This document shows, piece by piece, positions 1-8,793 of a DNA stretch of 48,272 nucleotides. Position numbers and translations under genes: made by a program. Location of the stretch: NCBI GenBank assembly GCA_964466385.1, contig CAYXNM010000001.1:1-48272 (forward strand), given 5' to 3'. This DNA is from an uncultured Rhodobacter sp. (GTDB taxonomy: Bacteria; Pseudomonadota; Alphaproteobacteria; Rhodobacterales; Rhodobacteraceae). The notes beneath the pieces are model-generated. The model saw nothing but the letters and a program-made list of their open reading frames with translations. It was not told the origin of the DNA and did no database searches. Within the stretch, counting starts at the first letter, position 1. Every line of letters starts with the position of its first letter.

Positions 1-2
1 TG

Positions 3-500
3 AAACGGCTGGGGCTGGATCTGAACGGCGATCATGTGATCACAAAATCGGACCTGCGCCATTTGAGCAGCCGTCAGGCCGTTGATATTTTCGTTGAGCA
101 TTATTTCAGGGAACCGGGCATCGAAAAACTGCCGGTTTCCTTGCAACCGAGTGTGTTTGACATGTATGTGAATGCCGGAAAAAACGCCGTAGTCATTCTT
201 CAAAAACTGTTGATTAACATGGGGATAACGCTTGATGTTGATGGACTGATCGGTCCCATGACAGCCGCTGGCGCGAGGGTGGCGCTTGACCGGGCGCCGG
301 CACACCTGGTGGACGCTTACGGAATCGAGCGGCGGAATTATTATTACGCGCTTGCCGAGCGCAATCCAAAGCTCAGAAAATATGCGCGTCGGAAAGATGG
401 CGGAAAGGGCGGGTGGATTGTTCGTGCCGAAGCGTTCATTTCGCCAAGGTTTCATCTTTCCGACGCGGCGCATCGCGAAAGGGTCGCACCATGGGATTGA
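3..500 (+). CDS. Phage/GTA-type endolysin (GH108 muramidase region plus PG_binding_3-like C-terminus); 5' end cut by the window edge
   Basis: The frame is open from nt 3 (KRLGLDLNGDHVITKSDL...), so the listed ATG at 36 is probably internal. The pattern LNGD..IT..D...L....A..I....Y, FDMYVNAGKNAVVILQKLL, VDGLIGPMT and GGWIVR is typical of GH108/PG_binding_3 lysozymes. Codons are more AT3-rich than in neighbouring genes. The stop codon (498-500) overlaps the next ORF. Confidence 0.7.
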   Translation, partial: KRLGLDLNGDHVITKSDLRHLSSRQAVDIFVEHYFREPGIEKLPVSLQPSVFDMYVNAGKNAVVILQKLLINMGITLDVDGLIGPMTAAGARVALDRAPAHLVDAYGIERRNYYYALAERNPKLRKYARRKDGGKGGWIVRAEAFISPRFHLSDAAHRERVAPWD

Positions 501-988
501 TCAGGGACGCGATCGGCATCGGGCGCGCAAGCCGGGAAATCGGCGCGGCGGTTTCCGATGTGGCCGGTGTTTTCACCCTCAGCAAGACGCGGGCAAAGGA
601 ATTGGAACAGGCGCAACTTGCCGCGACGCTGGCACAGTTCGGGCGGGAATTTGCGCCAAACAAGGCCGGGTTTGATGGGTTCATTAACGCCATGAACCGT
701 GTTCCGCGTCCGGCAATGGCGCTGGGTACGCTTGGCCTTTTTGTTTTTGCAATGGTTGCGCCTGCGGATTTTTCCACAAGAATGCAAGGGCTTGCCAATG
801 TACCGGAGCCTCTTTGGTGGTTGCTGGGCGCCATCGTGTCGTTTTACTTTGGCGCGCGTGAGTTACATTACAAACGCAGCGCAACGCCTGATTTGCCGCG
901 AAGCGCGCCGGGAAAACGGGCCGCCCATTCCTCGGCCCCGAGCGGAAATCCGGCGCTGGAGGAATGGCGGCAAAACCGCGAAGGGTGA
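491..988 (+). CDS. Holin-like membrane protein resembling the 'holin of 3TMs for gene-transfer release' (GTA holin) family
   Basis: I chose the ATG at 491 (MGLIRDAIGIG...) over the listed 413 start. A GAAAGGG Shine-Dalgarno lies about 8 nt upstream, and the ORF overlaps the endolysin stop by 10 nt. Hydrophobic helices are PAMALGTLGLFVFAMVAP and LWWLLGAIVSFYFGAR, followed by a charged C-terminal tail. Its position right after a muramidase fits a lysis cassette. Confidence 0.6.
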   Translation: MGLIRDAIGIGRASREIGAAVSDVAGVFTLSKTRAKELEQAQLAATLAQFGREFAPNKAGFDGFINAMNRVPRPAMALGTLGLFVFAMVAPADFSTRMQGLANVPEPLWWLLGAIVSFYFGARELHYKRSATPDLPRSAPGKRAAHSSAPSGNPALEEWRQNREG

Positions 989-1085
989 GGCAATTGGCCC
1001 GCCCGGTTCCCGCATTTGTCATTTGAACGCGCCGCGCGAGTTCATTAAGGTCCACAAGACACGTTGAACCAAACGGGGTGCTTGG

Positions 1086-3080
1086 GTGACCGCAGAACTA
1101 GGGCATTTTTCGCTTATACTGGCTTTGGCCGTCGCACTTGTGCAGATGACGGTTCCTCTGATCGGTGCGTCCAGAAACTGGCCCGGCTGGATGGAGTTGG
1201 CTGTTCCCGCTGCGATTGCCCAGTTTCTGCTGGTCGCGCTGGCGTTTGCGTCGCTGATGAACGCCTTTGCGACATCGGATTTTTCGGTGGCGCTGGTTGC
1301 GGCGAATTCCCATTCGGCAAAACCGATGCTGTACAAGCTGACCGGGACATGGGGCAATCACGAGGGCTCGATGTTGCTCTGGGTCTTCATTCTGACCTTG
1401 TTTGGTGCCTTTGCCGCGATATTCGGCGGCAATCTGCCGCCCCGGCTGAAAGCACGGGTCTTGTCTGTTCAGGCGGCGATCGGTGTTGCGTTTCTGGCGT
1501 TTCTGCTGTTCACGTCCAACCCCTTCCTTCGTCTTGCATCCCCACCTTTTGACGGGCAGGGGCTCAATCCCCTGTTGCAGGATCCGGGTCTGGCCTTCCA
1601 TCCGCCGTTTCTTTACCTCGGCTATGTCGGTCTTTCCATGTCGTTCAGTTTTGCCGTCGCAGCACTGATCGAGGGGCGGGTCGATGCGGCCTGGGCGCGC
1701 TGGGTGCGCCCCTGGACGCTGGCGGCCTGGGTGTTCCTCACGATCGGCATCGCGCTTGGATCGTGGTGGGCGTATTACGAGCTTGGCTGGGGCGGCTGGT
1801 GGTTCTGGGATCCGGTTGAAAACGCGTCGTTCATGCCGTGGCTGATTTCTGTCGCGCTCTTGCATTCCGCCATCGTTGTGGAAAAAAGAGAGGCGCTCAA
1901 GTCCTGGACGATCCTTCTGGCCATCGTGGCGTTTTCGTTCTCGCTCATCGGGACGTTCATCGTGCGCTCGGGTGTGATCACCTCGGTCCATGCCTTTGCG
2001 AATGATCCGGAACGGGGCGTGTTCATCCTCATCATTCTGGCGCTCACCATCGGCGGGTCGCTGACATTGTTTTCCTGGCGCTCCACCAGCCTTGCCTCCA
2101 AGGGTGTTTTTTCGCTGGTCAGCCGGGAAAGTGGGCTGGTTCTGAACAATATCCTGCTGGTGGTGGCTGCGTTCATCGTTTTTGTGGGCACGATCTGGCC
2201 CTTGGTGTCGGAACTGGCGTTCGGACGGAAACTTTCGGTGGGCGCGCCATTCTTTGACACCGCCTTCACGCCTTTCATGCTGGCGGCCGCGTTGGTTCTG
2301 CCGATCGGGGCGGTTTTGCCGTGGAAACGCGCTCGGCTGGAGAAATCGGCGCGTGCGCTGATCGGTCCTTTCGTGGCGGCCCTGGCCTTTGGCGCGCTTG
2401 TGCTTGTGGTGCAAACGGGTGTCGGGATGATGGCCCCCGTGGGGCTGGCGCTGGCGGCGTGGCTGGTGTTGGGGTCATTCGCGGACATCGCCAATCGCGT
2501 GCGGGCCGGGCACGTTGCGTGGCGTGACAGCGTCAGACGTCTGGTTCATCTGCCGCGTGCGGATTTTGGCAAGGCGGTGTCTCATGCCGGGCTGGGGCTG
2601 ACGATTTTCGGGATCGCGGCAATCACGGCCTGGCAGGTCGAGGATATTCGCGTGCTGAGGCTGGGCGAAAGCTTTGAGATCAGCGGTCCCGTCAACACCT
2701 ACACCATCCGGTTTGACGATGTGCGTGCGATCGACGGGCCGAACTTTACCGCAACACAGGGCGCGTTTTCCGTCTGGAACCAAGGGCGTCAGATCACCAA
2801 GATGTTCCCTCAGAAACGGATGTATCCGGTGTCACGCATGCCCACGACCGAAGCGGCAATCGACAGTGGGCTGACGGGGGACATCTACGTGGTGATCGGG
2901 GATGAACAGGACGGCGGGGGCTGGGCCGTGCGGTCCTATATCAAACCGTTTGCCGGTTGGATCTGGCTGGGTGCGATCATCATGGGTCTGGGCGGGGTTC
3001 TGAGCCTTTCGGACCGTCGCTATCGTGTCGCCGCCGTTGCACGGCGCAGGGCGAAATCACCGGGGATGGCCGCGGAATGA
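1086..3080 (+). CDS. ccmF: Cytochrome c-type biogenesis heme lyase subunit CcmF
   Basis: 664-aa polytopic membrane protein. It has the WWD heme-handling motif WGGWWFWDPVENASFMPWL and an N-terminus (MTAELGHFSLILALAVALV) typical of CcmF. GTG start. Confidence 0.95.
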   Translation: MTAELGHFSLILALAVALVQMTVPLIGASRNWPGWMELAVPAAIAQFLLVALAFASLMNAFATSDFSVALVAANSHSAKPMLYKLTGTWGNHEGSMLLWVFILTLFGAFAAIFGGNLPPRLKARVLSVQAAIGVAFLAFLLFTSNPFLRLASPPFDGQGLNPLLQDPGLAFHPPFLYLGYVGLSMSFSFAVAALIEGRVDAAWARWVRPWTLAAWVFLTIGIALGSWWAYYELGWGGWWFWDPVENASFMPWLISVALLHSAIVVEKREALKSWTILLAIVAFSFSLIGTFIVRSGVITSVHAFANDPERGVFILIILALTIGGSLTLFSWRSTSLASKGVFSLVSRESGLVLNNILLVVAAFIVFVGTIWPLVSELAFGRKLSVGAPFFDTAFTPFMLAAALVLPIGAVLPWKRARLEKSARALIGPFVAALAFGALVLVVQTGVGMMAPVGLALAAWLVLGSFADIANRVRAGHVAWRDSVRRLVHLPRADFGKAVSHAGLGLTIFGIAAITAWQVEDIRVLRLGESFEISGPVNTYTIRFDDVRAIDGPNFTATQGAFSVWNQGRQITKMFPQKRMYPVSRMPTTEAAIDSGLTGDIYVVIGDEQDGGGWAVRSYIKPFAGWIWLGAIIMGLGGVLSLSDRRYRVAAVARRRAKSPGMAAE

Positions 3081-3529
3081 GTCGGATTGCGCTGACATTG
3101 TTACTTTTTCTTCTGACGGCGCTGCCGGGTTTTGCGGTTCAGCCGGACGAGATCCTTGCCGATCCGGTTCTGGAGGCGCGTGCGCGCGAGATATCCAAGG
3201 GATTGCGTTGTCTGGTCTGTCGCAACGAATCCATCGACGACAGCAATGCGGGTCTTGCGCGCGATCTGCGCGTGTTGTTGCGGCAGCGCCTTACCGGGGG
3301 TGACACGGATGAAGAGGCCGTCGCCTTTATCGTCGCGCGCTATGGCGAGTATGTTTTGCTCAAGCCTCAGTTTTCAGGCACCAATCTTTTGCTTTGGGCG
3401 GCGGGTCCGATCATGTTGATCCTCGCGTTCGGGATGGCAATTTCCATGGTTCGCCGGGCAAGACCGGAACCTGGCGACCGGCTGGATGCGGATGAAAAGG
3501 CAAGATTGGCCGAAATCCTGAGAGAGTGA
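3077..3529 (+). CDS. ccmH: Cytochrome c-type biogenesis protein CcmH (CycL/Ccl2)
   Basis: The ATG at 3077 overlaps the ccmF stop (ATGA). It has a signal peptide (MSRIALTLLLFLLTALPGFA), the LRCLVCRNESIDDSNA CXXC motif and a C-terminal TM segment. Confidence 0.9.
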   Translation: MSRIALTLLLFLLTALPGFAVQPDEILADPVLEARAREISKGLRCLVCRNESIDDSNAGLARDLRVLLRQRLTGGDTDEEAVAFIVARYGEYVLLKPQFSGTNLLLWAAGPIMLILAFGMAISMVRRARPEPGDRLDADEKARLAEILRE

Positions 3530-3620
3530 CGCAGCGTTTGCAAACAAAGACCTGTTTCTGACGGGCGATTCCTGATTTAGACTGCGTGAACCTCAACGAG
3601 TCTTTCAAAGGATCGGGCGC

Positions 3621-4397
3621 ATGGAATATTCAACAATCACACTGGAAACCAGGGATGATATTGCGACGCTGACGCTCAACCGGCCCGATGTGCTCAACGG
3701 ATTGACGGCTCAGATGCGCGCCGAAGTGACGGATGCGGTCAAGGCCGCAGGGCGTGCTGCACGGGTTCTGGTTCTTACCGGGGCGGGACGCGGGTTCTGC
3801 TCGGGTCAGGACCTGGGGGGGGCCAAGATGGTTGCCGATATCGATCTGGAAGGCACCCTGATCGATGAATATCTGCCGATGTTAAAGACAATATATGACT
3901 GCCCCATCCCGACGATTGCCGCAGTCAACGGCCCGGCGGCAGGTGCCGGTGCCAATCTTGCGCTGGCCGCTGACATTGTGATCGCGCGCGAAGACGCCTA
4001 CTTCATGCAGGCGTTTTCGCTGATCGGGCTTATTCCGGATGCCGGGGGCACCTATTTCCTGCCGCGCAACATGGGCTTTGCCAAGGCCATGGGGGCAGCT
4101 CTGCTTGCCGACAGGATATCCGGACGGCAGGCGGCCGACTGGGGCATGATCTGGGAGGCCGTTCCAAAGGAGGATTTTGCCCAAACGGTGACGCGTCGTG
4201 CGGCGTATCTCGCCAAGGGTCCGACGGCGGCTTTTGGCAAGATCAAGCAGGTGATCCGCGCGAGTTTCGAGAACGATCTGGACAGTCAGCTGGCGATGGA
4301 GGCAAAAGTTCAGGGTCAGGCCGGCAGGACCAGGGATTTCGCCGAGGGGGTTCTGGCCTTCAACGAAAAACGCGATCCCGTTTTTGAGGGTCGGTAG
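3621..4397 (+). CDS. Enoyl-CoA hydratase/isomerase (crotonase) family protein
   Basis: 258 aa. Crotonase motifs are present: LTLNRPDVLNGL, GAGRGFCSGQDL and AAVNGPAAGAGANLALAADI. The C-terminus (EGVLAFNEKRDPVFEG) is typical of the family. Confidence 0.85.
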   Translation: MEYSTITLETRDDIATLTLNRPDVLNGLTAQMRAEVTDAVKAAGRAARVLVLTGAGRGFCSGQDLGGAKMVADIDLEGTLIDEYLPMLKTIYDCPIPTIAAVNGPAAGAGANLALAADIVIAREDAYFMQAFSLIGLIPDAGGTYFLPRNMGFAKAMGAALLADRISGRQAADWGMIWEAVPKEDFAQTVTRRAAYLAKGPTAAFGKIKQVIRASFENDLDSQLAMEAKVQGQAGRTRDFAEGVLAFNEKRDPVFEGR

Positions 4398-4721
4398 GCA
4401 CGGTTTTTTGGGCAACATGCGTTGCGGGACCACAGACAGGCGCGGGCTTTGCGCCGGTTCTCGTGGATTGAACAGGACTGTTGTGTTGCTTGGGTTTCGC
4501 CGGTAACCGTTTGAAAAGAAAAGAAAGAGAAGACGGGGCAACCGCTGTCCGCCACTCTGCCCGACGCCAGGAAACGCGGGCGCAACGCTTCAGGGTCGCT
4601 CATGTTTTCGCAAACCCCGGCGTGCCGCCGCTCGCGTTTATCAACGGATATGCCGCGCGGCTCCACTTGGTCCTTGGAAAAACCTGAGCGGCCGGGCGGA
4701 TCAGAAATTGCGGACGTGGCT

Positions 4722-5417
4722 CTAGATGCGTTTGGCGATCGTGATTTCCATCGGGACGCCCCAACCGCTGACGACACGGTTATGGATCAGTGTCCAGTTG
4801 CCACCCGACAGCAGCGCCCCAAAACGGATCGGACGACAGCCGCCAACAAGCGATGGCCGCACGTTGGCCACCGAGGTCCAAATCGTCGAGACGAGTTTTT
4901 GAACGACCGATCTTCCATGTGTAAGATTGGTAACACAGAGCAGGCCGCCGGGTTTCAGCGCGCGACAACTCTCCGACAGAAACGCAAAGATCAGTTCGGG
5001 TGGCAACAAATCCAGAACAAAGCTCGAGACGAGCCGGTCAAATGGCGGTGAGCCCGCCGCGAAATCGATCTTTTCCCCACTTGTCATCACCTGCGCGCGT
5101 GACCCGTATTCCGCCAGACGCGCGCGGCTGAGCGCGACCATGGTGTCGCTGATGTCACACCCGCGATACGTCGCGCCATCCGGCAACAGATCGCCAAGCA
5201 ACCGCGCCGCGAAACGCCCGGTTCCACAGCCAAATTCCATGACGTTGCGGGCGTTTTCAAAATCGCCAAGTGCGATCAGACAATCCAGCGCAGGATCCTC
5301 GTAAAAGGACTGGCTGTCGAGTTTCGCGCCAAACCCGTCGTAAAAACGTTTGGCTCCGGAAGGTTCAAGGTAGCGGGCCATGGGGGCAGTGTGCATCCGC
5401 CCATGGTCCACCGGCAA
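4722..5417 (-). CDS. Class I SAM-dependent methyltransferase
   Basis: Motif I is VMEFGCGTGRF, and a later LKPGGLL motif is present. The listed start at 5417 is a TTG; ATG alternatives lie at 5396 and 5381, so the 5' end is uncertain. It lies 18 nt downstream of the ABC ATPase gene and is co-oriented with it. Confidence 0.75.
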   Translation of the reverse strand: MPVDHGRMHTAPMARYLEPSGAKRFYDGFGAKLDSQSFYEDPALDCLIALGDFENARNVMEFGCGTGRFAARLLGDLLPDGATYRGCDISDTMVALSRARLAEYGSRAQVMTSGEKIDFAAGSPPFDRLVSSFVLDLLPPELIFAFLSESCRALKPGGLLCVTNLTHGRSVVQKLVSTIWTSVANVRPSLVGGCRPIRFGALLSGGNWTLIHNRVVSGWGVPMEITIAKRI

Positions 5418-5434
5418 TGCCGCTTATTGACACA

Positions 5435-7522
5435 TCATTCCGCTGCGATTTTGATAACGGGTTCCATCTGGGAAAGAACCTCGTCCGGCAGGTGGCACTT
5501 GACCTGATGGCCCTCGGCAAGGGTTCGAATCGGGGGAACCTCGCGGTCACACAACCCGTCGGCCACTTCTGATTTCCAGCGGCACCGGGTTTGGAACGGA
5601 CAGCCTGGAGGCGGGCTGACGGCCGAGGGAATATCCCCTTCCAAAACGATCCTCTTTTTTTCGATCCGGGTGTCCGCAATGGGAACGGCGGACAGCAACG
5701 CCTCGGTATAGGGGTGGTAAGGGGGCGAGAATACCTGGTCCGTCGTCCCGAGTTCCACCACATGCCCCAGATACATCACCATCACCCGGTCCGAGAGATA
5801 CCGTACGATCGACAAATCATGGCTGATGAACAACAGTGTCGTTCTCTGTTCGCGCTGGATTTCCATCAAGAGGTCTGTCACGGCGGCCTGAACGGACACG
5901 TCCAGTGCTGAAACCGGCTCGTCCGCGACGACGATCCTGGCATCGCCCGCAAAGGCACGCGCGATCCCCACGCGCTGCTTTTGCCCGCCGGACAACTGGC
6001 GCGGCATCCGGTCGCCGAATTCGCGCGGCAGTTTCACCAGATCGAGAAGCTCCAGCATGCGGGCCTTGCGCTCGGCGTTGTTGTGCCCGATTCCGAATAT
6101 TTCCAGCGCGCGAATGATCTGCCGTCCCACGGTCATGGAGGGGTTGAGCGTGTCAAACGGGTTCTGGAACACCATCTGCAACGAGGAAACCGCGCTGGTT
6201 TCGCGATCCTCGATCGGCACGGCGCTGATTTCTTCGCCGTGCATCTGAACAGACCCGGCCGTAGCCGTCTCCAGCCCCATCAGAACCTTGGCCAACGTTG
6301 ATTTTCCGCAACCCGACTCGCCGACAATGGCCAAAGTCTCGCCCTCGCGCGCTTCAAAGCTGAGTGTTTCATTGGCCTTGACGACCTTCGTTTCCCCGGA
6401 GGAGCCGAACAGGGCGTTCGCGGCGACTTCATAGTATTTCTTGAGGTTGTCGAGCTTCAGAACCACCTCACCCTTTTCGGTGCCTTCCTGTTCCTGCGCG
6501 GCGACGATCGGTGCGTTCCAGTCGATGTCCGCAATGCGCATGCAGCGGGAATCATGCCGGTCGTCCCCGCTGATCGGTTCCATCGCGACGTCGTTTGCAT
6601 TGCACAACCCGTCCTGGAAATAATCGCACCGCGGCCCGAAATTGCAACCACGCGGGCGTTCGTGCGGCAGCGGGAAATTCCCCGGAATGGCCACCAGCGG
6701 TCGCGTGTTCTTGTCGGCCCCCGGCAGCGGGATCGAGCGGAACAACGCCTGCGTGTAAGGGTGCTGCATCTTGTCAAACACGTCCTTGATGGAACCGGTT
6801 TCAACCGCCTCGCCGGAATACATCACGCAAAGCCGGTCACAGGTATCCATCACCAGCCCCAGATTGTGGCTGATGAACAGCATCGACGTGCCGTATTTTT
6901 CCCCAAGCGCCTTGACCAGATCAACGATGCCCGCTTCGACCGTCACGTCAAGGGCGGTGGTTGGTTCGTCCAGGATCAGCAGACTGGGTTTGGACATCAG
7001 CGCCATCGCAATCACGATCCGCTGCTGCTGCCCGCCCGACAATTGGTGCGGAAAGCTTGAAAGAATGCGGTCGGGATCGGGCAGGCGCACGTCCTCAACG
7101 ACTTGTCGCGCCATCTCCCAGGCTTCCGCCTGGGTGGTGCCTTCGTGGATCATCGGCACTTCGGCCAGTTGTTGGCCGATTTTCATGGCCGGGTTGAGGC
7201 TTGCCATCGGCTCCTGATAGATCATCGCGATTTCCGAGCCGCGCAATTCGCGCAGTTCCTCGTCGCTCATCAGGTTCAGATCGCGCCCCTTGAACTTGAT
7301 CGTTCCGCCAACGACTTTTCCGTTGACCCCAAGGTCCTGCATGACCCCAAGGGCAACGGTTGATTTTCCGCACCCGCTTTCCCCGACAAGGCCCATGGCC
7401 TCGCCCGGCATGACGCGGGTTGAAAAATCCATCACCGCCGGAATTTCGCGCAATCGCGTGAAGAACGAGATCGACAGGTTTTCGATCTCCAGGATCGGGC
7501 CGTCATAGGTTTCTTTTTCCAT
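5435..7522 (-). CDS. Fused double ATP-binding subunit of a peptide/opine/nickel-type (DppD-DppF-like) ABC importer
   Basis: 695 aa with two Walker A motifs (GESGCGKS twice) and two signatures (LSGGQQQR, LSGGQKQR). Both halves carry Cys-rich oligopeptide-type C-terminal extensions. A GGGAGG Shine-Dalgarno precedes the ATG at 7522. Confidence 0.9.
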   Translation of the reverse strand: MEKETYDGPILEIENLSISFFTRLREIPAVMDFSTRVMPGEAMGLVGESGCGKSTVALGVMQDLGVNGKVVGGTIKFKGRDLNLMSDEELRELRGSEIAMIYQEPMASLNPAMKIGQQLAEVPMIHEGTTQAEAWEMARQVVEDVRLPDPDRILSSFPHQLSGGQQQRIVIAMALMSKPSLLILDEPTTALDVTVEAGIVDLVKALGEKYGTSMLFISHNLGLVMDTCDRLCVMYSGEAVETGSIKDVFDKMQHPYTQALFRSIPLPGADKNTRPLVAIPGNFPLPHERPRGCNFGPRCDYFQDGLCNANDVAMEPISGDDRHDSRCMRIADIDWNAPIVAAQEQEGTEKGEVVLKLDNLKKYYEVAANALFGSSGETKVVKANETLSFEAREGETLAIVGESGCGKSTLAKVLMGLETATAGSVQMHGEEISAVPIEDRETSAVSSLQMVFQNPFDTLNPSMTVGRQIIRALEIFGIGHNNAERKARMLELLDLVKLPREFGDRMPRQLSGGQKQRVGIARAFAGDARIVVADEPVSALDVSVQAAVTDLLMEIQREQRTTLLFISHDLSIVRYLSDRVMVMYLGHVVELGTTDQVFSPPYHPYTEALLSAVPIADTRIEKKRIVLEGDIPSAVSPPPGCPFQTRCRWKSEVADGLCDREVPPIRTLAEGHQVKCHLPDEVLSQMEPVIKIAAE

Positions 7523-7533
7523 GATTACCTCCC

Positions 7534-8781
7534 TCAGTCTTTCAGTGATTCTTCGCGCAGGCCGTCGGCCAGCAGGTTCAGCCCCAAAACCATGCTCATC
7601 AGGCTGAGCGCCGGCGGCAGGGCCGGGTGCACGTAGATGGACAACAGCTTGCGCCCGTCATTGATGGTCGAGCCCCAGTCGGGACTTTCCGGGGAAAGCC
7701 CAAGGCCAAAGAAGCCGAGAGTTCCCAGAAGGATCGTCGTATAGCCGATGCGCAGGCAGAAATCGACGATCAGCGGCCCGCGCGCGTTCGGCAGGATTTC
7801 CCACAGCATGATGTACCAGGGGCCTTCGCCACGGGTTTGGGCGGCGGCCACGTAGTCGCGCGTCTGGATGTCCATCGTCAGGCCCCGCACGATCCTGAAG
7901 ATCGTGGGCGAGTTGACGAATACCACCGCCACGAAGATGTTCAGCTTGTTGGCATCAAGCGGCAGGTAAAGCAGCGGCGTGTGCTCGGCGCGGGTCGTCT
8001 GCATCCATTCGCCAACCGGGTTTCCCTGATTGAGATACCCCATGACCGACGTCCAAAGGCCAACGAACGGGTCCATTTCAAAAACGGTGCCAAAATAGAA
8101 CATCAAAAGGACGATCACGACCGGCGCGGCCACGCGCACCATGACCTTGGGAGAGATGCGCCAGCGTGAATAAAGCAGTGTCCAGAAAAAGATGACCGGA
8201 AAGATGAACAGCACCCCGGCCAGCCAGGTGATCACGCCGGTTTGGCGAATCTCCGGTGTTACCAGCAGGTAAAACAGCAGAATCACCGGAAAGGCCAGCA
8301 CAAGGTTGGCCGCGAACGACAGCACCGTATCGAACTTTCCGCCATAATACCCGGCGGGCAGACCCAGTGTAATCCCGACCATAAAGGCAAAGACGGTCGC
8401 AGCCGGGGCGATTTTCAGAACTTCGCGCGCGCCCACGATCAGGCGGCTCCAGACGTCCCGCGCCAGGTTGTCGCCCCCAAGCAGGTAATAGGCGTCCTGA
8501 ACCCCACGCACGGGCGTTCCGGGCAGCTTGTTCTTCATGCCCGAGATTTGCGTCAACGGATCCTGCGAGATGATGGAATCCGCGAAAATCGCGGCGAAAA
8601 CCCAGAACATGACCAGCGCAAAACCGATCATGCCGACCGGATTGTCGAACAATTTGCCATAAAGACCCAGCCGGCGTTTATACCGGATCGAGACCGAAAA
8701 GAGGATGATCAGCGAAATCCAGACCGGGGTAAGCTGCACGAGAATGCCCCAGACGATGGCTCCAAAAGAAAGCGGTTCCAT
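7534..8781 (-). CDS. ABC importer permease (DppC/OppC-like) with extra transmembrane insertions
   Basis: 415-aa polytopic protein. It has DppC-type blocks: LLGGDNLARDVWSRLIVGAR, the FRIVRG...TRDYVAAAQTRG region and a C-terminal ADGLRE. It is larger than the usual size of about 300 aa. Confidence 0.85.
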   Translation of the reverse strand: MEPLSFGAIVWGILVQLTPVWISLIILFSVSIRYKRRLGLYGKLFDNPVGMIGFALVMFWVFAAIFADSIISQDPLTQISGMKNKLPGTPVRGVQDAYYLLGGDNLARDVWSRLIVGAREVLKIAPAATVFAFMVGITLGLPAGYYGGKFDTVLSFAANLVLAFPVILLFYLLVTPEIRQTGVITWLAGVLFIFPVIFFWTLLYSRWRISPKVMVRVAAPVVIVLLMFYFGTVFEMDPFVGLWTSVMGYLNQGNPVGEWMQTTRAEHTPLLYLPLDANKLNIFVAVVFVNSPTIFRIVRGLTMDIQTRDYVAAAQTRGEGPWYIMLWEILPNARGPLIVDFCLRIGYTTILLGTLGFFGLGLSPESPDWGSTINDGRKLLSIYVHPALPPALSLMSMVLGLNLLADGLREESLKD

Positions 8782-8793
8782 GTGCTGTCCCCC

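Noticed and set aside
4316-4777. A 153-aa minus-strand ORF, together with the 68-aa and 149-aa plus-strand ORFs, in the convergent spacer after the enoyl-CoA hydratase gene.
   Set aside because: They overlap the 3' ends of well-supported genes on both sides. Their composition is Arg/Ser/Cys-rich and lacks coding character, and none has a ribosome-binding site.
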